Source: the human T2T-CHM13v2.0 reference genome, Homo sapiens
NCBI RefSeq assembly: GCF_009914755.1
Contig: NC_060943.1
Length of the DNA stretch: 64,000 bases
Direction: 5' to 3' (one strand)
Shown: positions 1-25,669 of the stretch, in pieces
Position numbering within the stretch: the stretch's first letter is position 1
Layout: every line of letters starts with the position of its first letter
Translations under genes and position numbers: made by a program
Notes under the pieces: model-generated
What the model saw: the letters and a program-made list of their open reading frames with translations, nothing else
The model's database searches: none
What the model was told of the DNA's origin: nothing

Positions 1-329
1 CAACGGATGTTGAAGTTAATTCGGAGCCTGTTTTGTAGAGGTGTGAAACCCAGTCAGCACCCATTTATTTTTTTGCTGTTATTTTAATAAACTTTGGATT
101 TCTAATTTGATCAAATTATGGACCTTTGTCTCAATTTTTTTCTTTTTTCTTTTGGTGATTGCAGGGTGAGGGAGAGGGGTGTTCTGTGTACCCTACTTAT
201 ATTTATATCCTTCATTCTCTAGAGAGCCTCAAGTCAGTGTCATCATGGTTATGGGCCTCCCTCATGGCAGTGGTTGCTTTAGAGGGTTTCAGGACTGTGG
301 GCTTAAGTCTGATTTAAATTAAGGGTATC

Positions 330-3525
<3,196 letters not shown>

Positions 3526-3734
3526 TAGAAGTTTTTAAAAAATACAGATGTAGTCTTGCTCTGTTGCCCAGGCTGGAGTGCAGTGGCATGATCATAACTC
3601 ACTGTAGTCTCCAAACTCCTGGGCTCAAGCAATCCTCCCACCTCAGCTTCCCAAGTAGCTGGGACTACAGGTGCATGCCACCACACCTGGCTGATTTTTG
3701 TATATTTTGTAGACACAGGGTCTTGCTATGTTGC

Positions 3735-11475
<7,741 letters not shown>

Positions 11476-12365
11476 TTTCTATAGTTTAAAATATTTGAGG
11501 TATGTTAGGGAAGGTCTCATCTTGTTTTTCAGAAAGCAAAACTGTTTTTATTCATTATTCCTATAACATTTGGTGAATATGTATCACTACACACCTCAGA
11601 ATGGCTAAATTCCAAAATATAACACCAAATGCTTCCAAAGATGCAAACAAAGGAACATTCATTTCTGTGGTAATTCAAATGGCAGAGGTTGCAGTGAGCC
11701 GAGATTGCGCCACTGCACTCCAGCCTGGGTAACAGAGCAAGACGCTGTCTCAAAAAAAAAAAAAAAAAAATCACAAAGTGATCCCATTTCACACAAACTA
11801 CAAACTAGATAGGCAAAAATACATTATTCCACGACTGGCAACACTAGAATTATCTAAATATACATGCAAGAGTGGTGGGACGGTCAATTCATGTACTCCA
11901 TTGGGACTTGGTGGCAATCTTAAAGTTGCTCAGAATCTACAACCCAGCAAGTTTTCTCTAATGTATAGAGAATTTACTGTGCACAGGCACATGGGGACTT
12001 AAAGTATGATTAGAGCAGCATTTTCCATAAGAACAAAACACAAAATTGAAGCAACATGAATCCTATAGATACTGGAATGGATGAGCAAATTGGGTAGCCC
12101 AAGCCTCAGACACCAGCATGTGTGAAACAACTGGGACAAAAACCAAGGAGACGCCCATCCATGATTTCCTTCCACAGAAAGTGCTAAAGAGGCAAACTTA
12201 AGCAAAACACTGCTTGGTGATAAAATAATGGCATAGCCATAAAGAATATCCACAAAATTAAGGGCAGTGGTCACCTCTGGGGACAAGAGGGAAACAAAGT
12301 CAAGGTGGAGCAGCACTGGGAGCTGTGACATGCCCAGGGTCTGTTCATTCTGAGTGCCCAGTCTA

Positions 12366-12566
<201 letters not shown>

Positions 12567-13621
12567 CTACCAAAAAAATAATTCTTTAAGTTTGAAAAAT
12601 AACTTTCAAATATTTATTTTGCCATGTTTTCTAACTACCTTCCCAGTTCTCATTTCACTGCCTTAGTTCAGTACAGATTTCTAAGTCTTTTAGATTGTAC
12701 CTATTGCTATTCATCTTGATTACAGCAAGAAATGACTAGCAAAAGAATGGGAACATATTCAGTGTTTAATAGAGAACTGACTATATAAACTTCCATCTTT
12801 TAAAAAAATATATTTATTAAAACATTTTTTGGGGGGAGACAGGGTCTCACTCTGTTGCCCACGCTGGAAGTATAGTGGCACATAGTTCACTGCAGCCTTG
12901 AAGTCCTGGGTTCAAGTGATCCTCCCACCTCAGCCTCCCAAGGAACTGGGACTACAGGCATGTGAGCCACACAACTGGCTCAACTTCTATCATCTTGTGA
13001 ACCTTTATAAAAATTAGGGAAGGCACCAATGAATATGAAAAAGCTGCAGGATTTATTTTCAAATGAACAAAAAAGCAAAGTGTGTAAACCATGTTGCCTT
13101 TTATAGTGAGGAAAGAAAAATATGTAATTTAAATTGCTTTTTATGTAAATGCCGGACAAGAAAGTAATAAAATTGTTATCTTTGGGAACCTGAGGCCACT
13201 AGACACGAATGCTAGAGGACATGCTAAGAGTGAGCCTTCAGGTAGACTGCTTCTAAATCTCAGGCTGGGTTTTGGGTGGGTGGGTGTGTGTGTGTACACA
13301 CAGGGTTTTTTGTTTTTTTTTTTTTTTTGTAGAGACAAGGTCTTGCCATGTTTCCCAGGTTGGTCTTGAAGTGGCCTCAGGTGATCCTTTGGCCTCACCC
13401 TCCCAAACAGATGTGAGTCACTGTGCCCAGCCTCAGGCTGAATTTTTGAATCTTAACATTGACTATAAACAATGATTAAGAAAATTTGCATTAAGTATAT
13501 TTTAATAGTTCATAAATCAAATGACTAATTTTTAACAGGTAACTAGTTCTTTGTGTTTTATGGTCCTCTAAAGAAGTTTTATGAAGTGAGCAGTATGTTT
13601 TTGTAAACCATAAAAAGTTGT

Positions 13622-13835
13622 TATGCACATAAAGATGGGAGCAATGGACGCTGGGGACTGCTGGAAGGGGGAGGGATGGTGGAGAGTGAGGGCTGAGGGA
13701 ATGCCTGTTGGGTGCTGTGCTCACTGCCAGGATGACAGGCTCACCCATAGCCCAAACCTCAGTGTCACAGTGTGCCCATGTGACAGACCTGCATATGTAC
13801 CCCCTGAATCTAAAAGTTGAAATTATTAAGAAGGT
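13622..13835 (+). mobile_element. L1PB-like 3' UTR terminal fragment
   Basis: cacataaagatgggagcaatggacgctggggactgc...atgtaccccctgaatctaaaagttgaaa resembles L1PB 3' ends. Confidence 0.6.
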
Positions 13836-14776
13836 AAATTGAAATGTATTTTTTTTGTGATATGATTCCTGATGTTTGTGAGATGTGGGTTTGTGTATTC
13901 CATCCCAGGAATCTTTAAAAAATAAACGTTAACAAAAAAATTTTTTTATCACTTGAGCTCAGAAGTTCGAGACCAGCCAGGGCAACATAGCAAAACCCCA
14001 TCTCTATAAAAATTTTTAAAATTAGCCAGGTGTGGTGGCATGTGCCTGTAGTCCCAGCTACTTAGGAGGCTGAGGTGGGAGGATGGCTTAGAGCTTGGGA
14101 GGCAGAGGTTGCAGTGAGCTGAGATTGTGCCACTGCACTCCAGCTTGGGCAATAGAGCGAGACATGTCTCAAAAAAAAGAAATGAAAAAAATAATTTTAA
14201 ACATTTGGTTCTTAAATTACAAGTGATATTACAGGTTGCACTGCCATCACATATAGGGCATTTTTTGATCTGGGCAGAATCTTAAGGCATTAGGATGGCG
14301 TAACAGTATGAGGAGCTTCACTAACCCACTCCCCAGAGACACTTATGACAGTTACTTTAAAACAACCATTTAAAGCCCCTGAAGTCATCCTAAAGGCAAA
14401 CAGCCAGTGAGGAAACCTATTCAAGAGAATCTGTGAAAATTCTGTGAGAAATGTGAGTTTGTGGTATTTAAACCCTTACTGTTCCCTGATCCTGTACCCC
14501 ACATCCTCACCCCAGTGAGGTGAACACTCCACTCTAGACTGTGTAGCCAAGGATACAAGGTTCTCTCTTTCTAGTGTAAGAGTTAGAGTTAAAGAGGAAA
14601 GAGGCTGGGCGCAGTGGCTCACACCTGTAATCCTAGCACTTTGGGAGGCCAAGGCAGGCAGACTGCCTGAGCTCAGGAGATCGAGGCCGGCCTGGGCAAC
14701 ATGGTGATACCGTTTCTACTAAAACACAAAAAATTAGCCAGGCATGGCAGCCTGCGCCTGTAATCCCAGCTACTCA

Positions 14777-14896
<120 letters not shown>

Positions 14897-15499
14897 TTAA
14901 AAAAAAGAGGAAAGAAACACCGAACACTGCTTGACAGTCAAAGACAGGTTTATTATAGAAAAGACCTGAGAGAGGATTCTGGCTGGTCAGTCAGGAGCAC
15001 TTTTCCTTGCAGACTAAGAATGTACGTTGGTTTTAGGGTGAGGGAGCTTATTACAAGCTTGGAATGTTTCTGTGTGGGGGAGAAGTTTGTGGCAGGGTTG
15101 GAATGTTCTGGGCGGAGGGGTGGTTATCTTGGGGGTGACATCTTTCCGGCAGGAGAGGGGTTATCCCGAGGCTAGCATTTCTCTGTGGGAGGTGTCTGGA
15201 ATGTTTTTGGTTGGAGATGTTATTTGTGGTTTGTGATCATGCTGACCTTAGCCATTAGGCTGATGCCCTTTGGATTTAGGCAGTTTTTGATTAAGGTGAA
15301 TTTTAAAATGAGGCGCTTATCCACAATGGTGATGCTTCTGCTCTGTCAATCCAGACCTCATAGTTATAAAAAGGACGAGGGGCGGCATGTTCTTTCTGGC
15401 TACTTCCTGCTGACGAGGGGACAGAGAGTTCTCTGGTATCGGGTTGGTAGGAGCAGTGCCGTCTGTAGATATTTTTGGGTAGTTGTCTGTGAAATGGCC

Positions 15500-15760
15500 A
15501 TGATCCTGTCAGTTTAAAAAATCTCTGAAAAAGGTTAATTAGGCAGGGTAAGAACATTAGTCCCATAATTAGGTATATTATTAGGAGAGGGCCCAGGAAT
15601 GGGATGACCCATGCTATCTATGATTTTGTTCCCAAACCAAGAATCTGTTTGTTTGTTTTGGTACTCCTTAGCTTTTTAGCTTGTTTTTTTTAATAGCGCT
15701 TTTTACTAGGTCTGATTGGCTGATATAGAAACAACATTCCTTTCCTAATAAGAGGCAGAG
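15500..15760 (-). pseudogene. env transmembrane-subunit remnant
   Basis: Minus-strand LCLLLGKECCFYISQSDLVK (CX6CC at 15731-15757), then GLMFLPCLINLFQRF, typical of a gamma-type env TM. Confidence 0.75.
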
Positions 15761-17102
15761 GTGCTGGTTTGGAAAGGCCCATGTGTTATTTTCTGTTAGT
15801 AACCATTATTCCCGCTATGAGGATAATAATTAAGCGAAATGCTATGGTAATTGAGATTCTGTGTCTGATATTTTACCCTGAGGGTGCTACAGTATATAGT
15901 CCTACTGCAAATAGTAGAGTGAGTAAAGCAATTCCCACACGGGTGGCGTAGTAAATAATTTCCATTAAAAAGTTTTAATATTTGGCTTAAAAGGAGAGGT
16001 AGGAACGATAAAAGTATTTGATGAGGTAGGGGTGAGACTGAATAGGATGAGTAATTCTCTCTTGGTTACTTATTTTAGCTTAAGGTTTCCTATTTATTTC
16101 CTCCGGTGAGAGTCGGGGGCTTAGAGGCAGCGCCTGCTGAAACATCAAGTTTTCAGTTTATAGGGCTTTCAGAAAGCACAGCTATTTTGGAAACTTGTAG
16201 CCAGAAAAATTAGAATTTAATTTAAACAGAAAATAGTAAGAATTGAAAAACATTAGGCAACACCAGGATTTAACAACATGTGTGCTATCGTTTTTGAAAC
16301 ATAATTTTCTCTCTCAAGTTTACCATTTTCATTAAAAGACAAATCATACCAGTAGGACTGATTTTCTTTATTATACTTGGCTTAGTTATTTGCATACAGT
16401 GGAGCAAGAATAATTATTTGTTACTTAGGTCCTTTAAATTGGCTTTGATGGAACTTTGTTTTGTAGAAGGAATGTGAGATAAGACCTTTTTAAAGGCAAG
16501 GCCAGCCATAGATTTGTACCACTGAATACCTATGAGTTGGGAGAAATCCTCTCTTCTTGAGGTTCTAAGATAACTTGGGACTCCTGGCCTGTCAGAAAGT
16601 GACATTCTTTACTTACCACAGATCGGAAACCCTGTACAGGGACTGTACATGAAATCTGAGGCCAGCTTTCCAAGGGCTTTATTGGCTCCATAAGTCAAAT
16701 TTGATTCCTTAAAGGAAGGCACACCATTCCAGTTAAAGCCTTGGTAAAATAACCAGTTTTCCCAATTGTGTCCTGTTACAAAAGAAAACAGATTCTTGTT
16801 GCACTTATGCAAATAACTATATTACCCTAACTTAAGAATACATACAGATAGTTTCCAAATTCTGGAGAAAATCAGGTAGAGAGAAACAAGAATGCTCCAA
16901 ATTTTGTTCATGGAAGCATACTAAATTGTTAAAAGCTGTCAATAATTCAAAAGAAAAGATTCTTGGACTTTGAAAAGCAAAACAAAGAATTAGCAATATT
17001 TTAAGCAATACGTTAAAAAGATCACTCCAGGCTGGGCGTGGTGGGTCCCATCTGTAATCCCAGCACTTTGGGAGGCCAAGGTGGGTGGATTACCTGAGGT
17101 CA

Positions 17103-17349
<247 letters not shown>

Positions 17350-17657
17350 TTAGTTCATGCAGTTAATTCCTGTCCTGATTCATATTAACATTTTAGCTTT
17401 TTAAGAGTTCTGAACGTTTTTCCTCTATTGTGATATCACAATTTTCAGAAACTTGCATTCAAGGGCACCTGTTAGACCTTTATAGCTGATTATAAAACCA
17501 CCTTTTTAAAGAGGACCAAAACAAGACAACAATTGTTTATGGATGACAGAAAGTTTTAGGATAGGCCGGGCGTGGTGGCTGATGCCTGTAATCCCAGCAG
17601 TTTGGGAGGCCAAGGCAGGCAGATCACCTTGAGGTCAGGAGTTTCAGACCAGCCTCA

Positions 17658-17955
<298 letters not shown>

Positions 17956-20925
17956 TTATAAGGTACACTAAGATATGTCAGAATTATAGGAGTCTCCCAT
18001 AACTTTGAAACACATACCAATAACATACTTATACAAATATAGCCCAAAGAAAGCCAAACACCATTTTGTATTTGACAATGCTTCCTGTATGATTTTATAC
18101 CAAATATGCCAAATTTTACCATTATAGTAGTGTGCTATGAATATTAAACTCCATTTTTAATAAAACCTTGTAGATGCATTTACTCAATTTTAATGTTTGA
18201 CCATAAGGTAAGATTTTTATAGACCCTTTTTAACCCTTTATAATTTTTGTTAAAAAGCAGGTTAGTGCTTAAGAGAAACCCGTTGTGTTTTTATTTTAAT
18301 GCTCAATTTACAGAAAAACTAGATGCTACCCCTTCAACTTTAGCCAATATGTTTACACAGAATTTCCTTTACAATTAACCTGCCAAAACGTGCTTAAACC
18401 TTCAAAACAATTGTTTAACTTAACTTTTTTAAACCTTCAAAACAATTGTTTAACTTTTTAATGTAGGTAAAAATCCACATTCTCATGCCTCCTTATAATC
18501 TTTTTACCAAAAGTGTATTTTACTTTCCTTACACACTTTCCACATAATTAACTTTCAGTAAAGTTTACTTTTGTTGAAAACCTTGGTAAGTTTGGGATTT
18601 TAATTATGTACTAGGTGTAGAGCCTAGGACCTAGACTTCTGTGCAGATAAGGTCTGGCTTAGTCCAGCATTTAATTCCGTGTGTCCTAGGTTTTACCTAG
18701 CTGCAAAGCAGGCAAGTTGTACAGGTAAGAGTTATAGGGGCATTTTATAAAGCAGTCAGGAGGCCTAATCACTTTTAAATTGTACATTTCTTGCATAAAT
18801 TCCATTTATAAAATTTTTCATGCCTTTCACAGTCTGACATGCCTCAACTTTCTGACTTGTTGTAAACATCTCTCTCTTTAAACAACCAGTTAATTTACTT
18901 TAGTACAAAAATTTACCATATAAAATTTTTAAATATAAATTATCTTTTAATATAAAAGATACCAGTCCTTTCCCAAAACAAACTTCCTTCATGCCTGTGG
19001 ACTAGACTGCCTAAGTCCATAAGATTAGAAGTTAGGATATTAAATGGCTTAGGATGTAGCTATTTTCATTAAACCAATATTAATGTTTCACTTATTAAAA
19101 AATTATACAAAGATTATTTTGTTTGGGCTGAGTCATAGTTTTGTTTGTTTTGATACCTTATAGTATTTGGCAGAGATAAGAATGAAATTGCTTGATTAAT
19201 AAATGCAAACAAAAACATATGCTGGTAACTCTTAAGACAGTTCTAACTTTACTGTACCAGTAAGTTTTAAAGATTAAAGTCATGTGAACTGAAAGATCCC
19301 ACAGCTTTTACTTTTCCCTTAAAAATATTTGATTTAAGCACTTATTTTTTTTGCCAATTATAATTAGAGTTCCTTTAATAGACATTGCACACATAACACA
19401 TATATAACCACACAGACAACCAGAAGAAGATTCAGTAGTTACAATATTTTTTTTCTCCTAATTTCCCAATTGGCTTATTGGCCTTTGGGTGGTGCCCTTT
19501 AAGAACAGGGCTAGGAAAACAGTTTCCAGGGCCTAATAAACAAGTAGAGCTGGAAGACAAAGATTTTGAGAGGTACTTATTCACCTTTAATTCCAGGGGT
19601 TCCATAAGGAAAACAGATTTTTCCCAAAATGGGATTTGTGGTGCCTTTTCTGTTTTCCCAAGGGATCCCAGGCCACCAGAAACCGTTTTAGGATTTTATA
19701 CATGCACCAAGAGTGGCAAGACAGAGTGGAAAAAAGTAATTCAGTTAACTGGGAAAAAACCTTTTCCAGGAAAACAAGATCTATGAAGAGAAGCCTTTTG
19801 AATATACTCATAGCTTGGAGGAGGGAAAGACCTGGAGAGGGTTTTCATTAGGAAGAAAGATATTTTTTTTTTTTTTGAGACTTTGTCTTGCTCTGTCACC
19901 CAGGCTGGAGTGTAGTGGCGTGATCTCTGCTCACTGCAAGCTCTGCCTCCCAGGTTCACGCCATTCTTCTGCCTCAGCCTCCCAAGTACTGGGACTACAG
20001 GTGCCCGCCAGCACACCCGGCTAATTTTTTGTATTTTTAGTAGAGATGGAGTTTCACCGTGTTAGCCAGGATGGTCTCGATCTCCTGACATCGTGATCAG
20101 CCCGCCTCAGCCTCCCAAAGTGCTGGGATTATAGACGTGAGCCACCACGCTCAGCCAGGAAGAAAGATTTAGGAAGAAAGATTTTATGAGAGGTGCAAAC
20201 TTGACACAGGGAGCGTTGGGATTTAAAGTAGAAGCAGAAAGCCTGAATATAGAGAACCTCTTGCCATTTGCTGTTCTTGGTTATAAAGTTGTTAAGGTTC
20301 CTGAGAATTTGCAAGCTAAAGGTGCCATTTTTGGGCCATCAGCTGTCATTATCTAATGTGTATTGGGGCCAGGCCATGTTACAATAAAAGACTACATGCT
20401 TAAGCCAAGTTTGGCGAGGTTGTGAAGGAGACAGCACAGTGGAGAGGGTGTGGGAATGTGGGATTGTTTGGCACCCATGTGGACTGGCAAGAAGAAGCCG
20501 AGGGTGTCTGTTTTTGTTCTAGGCGTCCCCAGACAAAAGACAGAGACCTGGAGTTCTCTTTCTAAAGAGGATGGTCAAGCTGAGAAGAAACTGGGCATCC
20601 CCAAGATTTCCTCTAGCTTAGTCCCACTGGTCCTCTGAGGACCGAGATGGCAGACCTGACTTTTTCCAGATACCATGAGAAAGCCAGGGGAGGGCAGATC
20701 TTACCAGTCAGCTGGATTAGTGTCTGATGTTAACGTTCCAGTTGGCCTCTTGGGCTGCAGCTGCACAAGGGAGAGAGAGAAAAGGGAGGATTAGAGAAAA
20801 GTGAACTGAATAAAAAGACAACGAGTGGTGGCCAGAGACCTCCAGGATCCAGGAATTAACTCAGGACAAGCTGCTGTTGCCCACTGCTTCCTGGGTTGCA
20901 GGAGAGCCTCTGCCCCCAGCACCCA

Positions 20926-20943
20926 TCCTGGGTTTCGGCACCA
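20926..20943 (-). other. Primer-binding site complementary to tRNA-Phe
   Basis: Minus strand TGGTGCCGAAACCCAGGA, 2 nt after the LTR end; one mismatch to TGGTGCCGAAACCCGGGA. Confidence 0.85.
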
Positions 20944-22079
20944 AATGTAAGAGTTAGAGGAAAGAAACACGAAATGCAGCTTGACAGTCAAAGACAGGTT
21001 TATTTTAGAAAAAACCTGAGAGGGGCTTCTGGCTGATTTCTGTCAGAAGTGCTTTCTCTTACAGACTAAGAGTGTATATTGGTTTTAGGGTGAGGGGGCT
21101 TATTACAAGCTTGGAATGTTTCTGTGTAGGGGAGAAGTTTATGGGGGCGTTGGAATGTCTCTGGGCAGAGGTGGATTATCTTGGGGCTAGCATGTCTCTG
21201 GTCTGGGAGGAGTTGGAATGTTTCTGGTTGGAGATGTTATTTGTGGTTTATGATCATGCTGACTTAGCCATTAGGCTGATGCCCTTTGGATTTAGGCAGT
21301 TTTTGATTAAGGTGACTTTTAAAATGAGGTGCTTGTCCACGATGGTGATGCTTCTACTCGGTCACCCAGCCTCTAGTCAAAGGCTTTTTTCCAGGAAGGG
21401 CAGAACTTCAGCTTTTCTCATCTTACCTCCACCTACCCATTACTGAGGTTATGTCCTGTGTGGGTATGTTTGAAAAGTGGGGACATGGTTTGTGAGTATG
21501 GTGCACTCAGACTACTAGGACACTGATCAACTTTGCCTCAGCTCGTAGAGGTGGTGGATCCATGCCAGGACACAGGCCAAGAGGACATCAGGCTGCTGTC
21601 CCTCCCCGCCACTGAACACTCAGTTCCTAAAGAGAGAGGATTACTCAGAAAGCAGCTTGCCAACGCTCCTACCCAAGCTTCAGAGCCCTGTCAGATTTTG
21701 CCTTGAGGTGGAAGAGAAGCAAGCTGTGAAACACATAGCTCCTAACCTCTTGCCTAAGAATTAACTTCAATTGCAACAGATCATGAGACATTTAAGTCAA
21801 AGGGCACTCCATCCTTGATGCAGTGGAAATGGGGAAATGGAGGTGAAAGACAATTCACAGGAGATTTGTGGATTTAATGAAGATACTGCCTGCACTGTAG
21901 GCCAGCTAATTTGTGGACAAAACCAGGAAAAAAACACTGTTAGGAGGAGTCCATTAAGCATCTAAACAAACAACTATTAAACGCTGATCTCAGATAGTAT
22001 TGTTAGAAAGGAGAGAAAACATATTTGGATTTACAGGGCAAATTTGTCCCTGGACTTTTTTGAGAACAATAGAGCTATC

Positions 22080-23035
22080 TGAAGGGGTGGGTTGCCCCTC
22101 CACACCTGTGGGTGTTTCTCGTTAGGTGGAACAAGAGACTTGGAAAAGAAAAAGACACAAAGTATAGAGAAAGAAATAGGGAGACCCAGGGAACCAGAGT
22201 TCAGCATATGGAGGATCCCGCCAGCCTCTGAGTTCCCTTAGTATTTATTGATCATTTGTGGGTGTTTCTCCAAGAGGGGGATGTGTCAGCGTCACAAGAC
22301 AATAGTGGGGAGAGGGTCAGCAGACAAATACGTGAACAAAGGTCTTTGCATCATAGTAAAGAATCAAGTGCTGTGCTTTTAGATATGCATACACATAAAC
22401 ATCTCAATGCTTTACAAAGCAGTATTGCTGCCCGCATGTCCCACCTCCAGCCTTAAGGCGGTTTTTCCCTATCTCAGTAGCTAGAACGTACAATCGGGTT
22501 TTATACCGAGACATTCCATTGCCCAGGGACAGGCAGGAGACAGATGCCTTCCTCTTGTCTCAACTGCAAGAGGCATGCCTTCCTCTTTTACTAATCCTCC
22601 TCAGCACAGACCCTTTACGGGTGTCGGGCTGGGGGACAGTCAGGTCTTTCCCTTCCCACGAGGCCATATTTCAGACTATCACATGGGGAGAAACCTTGGA
22701 CAATACCTGGCTTTCCTAGGCAGAGGTCCCTGCGGCCTTCCGCAGTGTTTGTGTCCCTGGGTACTTGAGATTAGGGAGTGGTGATGACTCTTAACGAGCA
22801 TGCTGCCTTCAAGCATCTGTTTAACAAAGCACATCTTGCACCCCCCTTAATCCATTTAACCCTGAGTTGACACAGCACATGTTCCAGAGAGCAGGGGGTT
22901 GGGACTAACGTTATAGATTAACAGAATCTCAAGGCAGAAGAATTTTTCTTAGTACAGAACAAAATGGAGTCTCCTATGTCTACTTCTTTCTACACAGACA
23001 CAGCAACAATCTGATCTCTCTTGCTTTTCCCCACA
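22080..23035 (-). mobile_element. HERV-K (HML-2) solo LTR, LTR5_Hs-like, 956 bp
   Basis: Minus strand starts TGTGGGGAAAAGCAAGAGAGATCAGATTG and ends GGCAACCCACCCCTTCA. AATAAA at 22244-22249; flanks CTATC / CCATC form a near TSD. Confidence 0.93.
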
Positions 23036-23203
23036 CCATCAGCCAGCAATCAGTGCAGTTTAACATCTGAGGGCTGTCCAAGAGAGGAAGAGATTCCCAC
23101 AGTACCATTGTCATGCCAGGATGACTGCAGGCAGAAACAAAGCTGAGCCACTTCCCCTCCCCTCAAGAGCAATATCAGAGACTTAAAGTTATGAAGAAGA
23201 AAT

Positions 23204-23647
23204 TGACAGAGCAAGAGCATCGCCATCGTGGACAAGCACCTCATTTTAAAATTCACCTTAATCAAAAACTCTAAATCCAAAGGGCATCAGCCTAATGGCT
23301 AAGGTCAGCATGACCATAAACCACAAATAATATCTCTGACCAAAAACATTCCAGACTCCTCCCTGACCAGAGACATGCACCAAGATAACCCTCACTCTGG
23401 CTGGGAAGATGCCAGCCCTGAGAAACCCCCCTCCGGCCAGAAAGATGTCTGCCCCAAAATAACCTCCCCTCTGCCCAGAGACATTCCAAGCTTGTAATAA
23501 GCCCCCTCACCCTAAAACCAATATATACTCTTAGTCTGTAAGAAAAAGTGCTCCTGACCAAAATAGGCCAGAAGCCCTTCAGATTGTTTCTAAAATAAAC
23601 CTGTCTTTAACCATCAAGCTGTGTTTCTTTCCTCTTTAACTCTTACA
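23204..23647 (+). mobile_element. MER61-type solo LTR
   Basis: TGACAGAGCAAGAGCATCGCCATC...AACTCTTACA, the inverse homolog of the proviral LTRs, with a perfect 5-bp TSD GAAAT (23199-23203 / 23648-23652). Confidence 0.88.
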
Positions 23648-24089
23648 GAAATAGACTTCACCAAAATAGTCCAATCGGTCTCTAAACAAAACAAAGCAAA
23701 TAACAATAACAAGGCCCGGAGAAATTGAACATACTTGAGAAGGTTCAGTATGTTATCAAAAATGTCCAATTTGCAACAAGTACAACCCATACATCAAAAA
23801 AAAAAAAAAAAAAAAAACCTGACAATAGAAACTGCCTGTGAGAACAGATAGCAAATTTAATCGAAAAATACTTCAAAGTGTACATTATAAATATGTTCAC
23901 AGAACCAAAGAAGAGCATGACTTAAACACATTGAAATTTGGAATCTAGCTGAAGGTTTCTCCACACCAACTACCCTACTTTCACAATCTTTCTAATGTAA
24001 TGACTACTGTAAAAAATGACAAGCCTGGCTGGGCGCAGTGGCTCACACCTGTAATCCCAGCACTTTGGGAGACCGAGGCAGGTGGATCA

Positions 24090-24539
<450 letters not shown>

Positions 24540-25119
24540 TCAACATCTATGTTACAGTAAGTATATTATTTGTGTTGAAAATTTTGTTTTAAAAATTGAT
24601 AACATGCAAAGATCCCCTCAAGGGATTTTCCTCTTGTGAGGGCAAATCACCTTAGATTTCTCCCAGGCTTTTTCTATTGATCTTTAATGTTCTGGTTGTG
24701 CCATTTGTTTCCTAAAATGTAGACCGAGAAAAATCATTATCATTTAGAAAGCATGGAAAAATTACTGGATTGTAGGTTCATTGTGCACTGCAGCCATGCT
24801 TGATCAATTCATCAAAATACCTCCTTTCCACATTCCAAATTTTGGAACAGCACTGATGGCCAAAAAGCACTTGTTCTCTAATTGACTAAAGGAAAAAAAT
24901 AGTATCCTCACCTATAGAAGCCAGGTGCTGATGGCTTCCCTCATCACATCTCTACAGATTCTTCACGGAAAAATCCAGCAAAGCCTACTCCTTCTGGATG
25001 AAGTTCAGAGTCACATCTTCAAAGACCACCAAGCCGTGACATATCCCAGATATGTGTAGAGGAGGACAGGTGAGACGGACAGCACTGGGGATCTAGACTC
25101 AATTCATGAGAGTTCACAC

Positions 25120-25338
25120 TGAAGCGGTGTCATTGTCTCGGAGCCATGGAAAACTAGGACATGGACAAACAGAGGTTCTGAGCAGAAGTTTAATAGGCGA
25201 AAGAAAGACATGAGCTCTCTCTGCTGCAGAGAGAAGGGTCTCAGAGAAGTGGGTTGCTGTTCCCACAGTGAAATGCAGTTTTATAGATGAGCTTGAGGAG
25301 GCAGTGTCTGATTTACACAGGGTACAAAAGATTGGTTG
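25120..25338 (-). mobile_element. ERV1 LTR fragment (MER51/MER4-group-like)
   Basis: Minus strand has CCAAT, a TATAAAA-like element, ATTAAA and ends ...GACAATGACACCGCTTCA. Confidence 0.5.

Positions 25339-25669
<331 letters not shown>

Larger units (their letters stand above)
21365..23920 (+). mobile_element. Fragments of an ancient L1 5' region (probably also 14290-14574) hosting the LTR insertions
   Basis: ORF1-proximal L1M-like sequence at 23820-23920 (aaatacttcaaagtgtacattataaatatgttcacagaaccaaag). Continuity across the insertions is inferred. Confidence 0.45.

Noticed and set aside
20926-20943. tRNA-Phe-like sequence as a tRNA gene
   Set aside because: Only the 18-nt 3' end is present, adjacent to an LTR, so it is a PBS.
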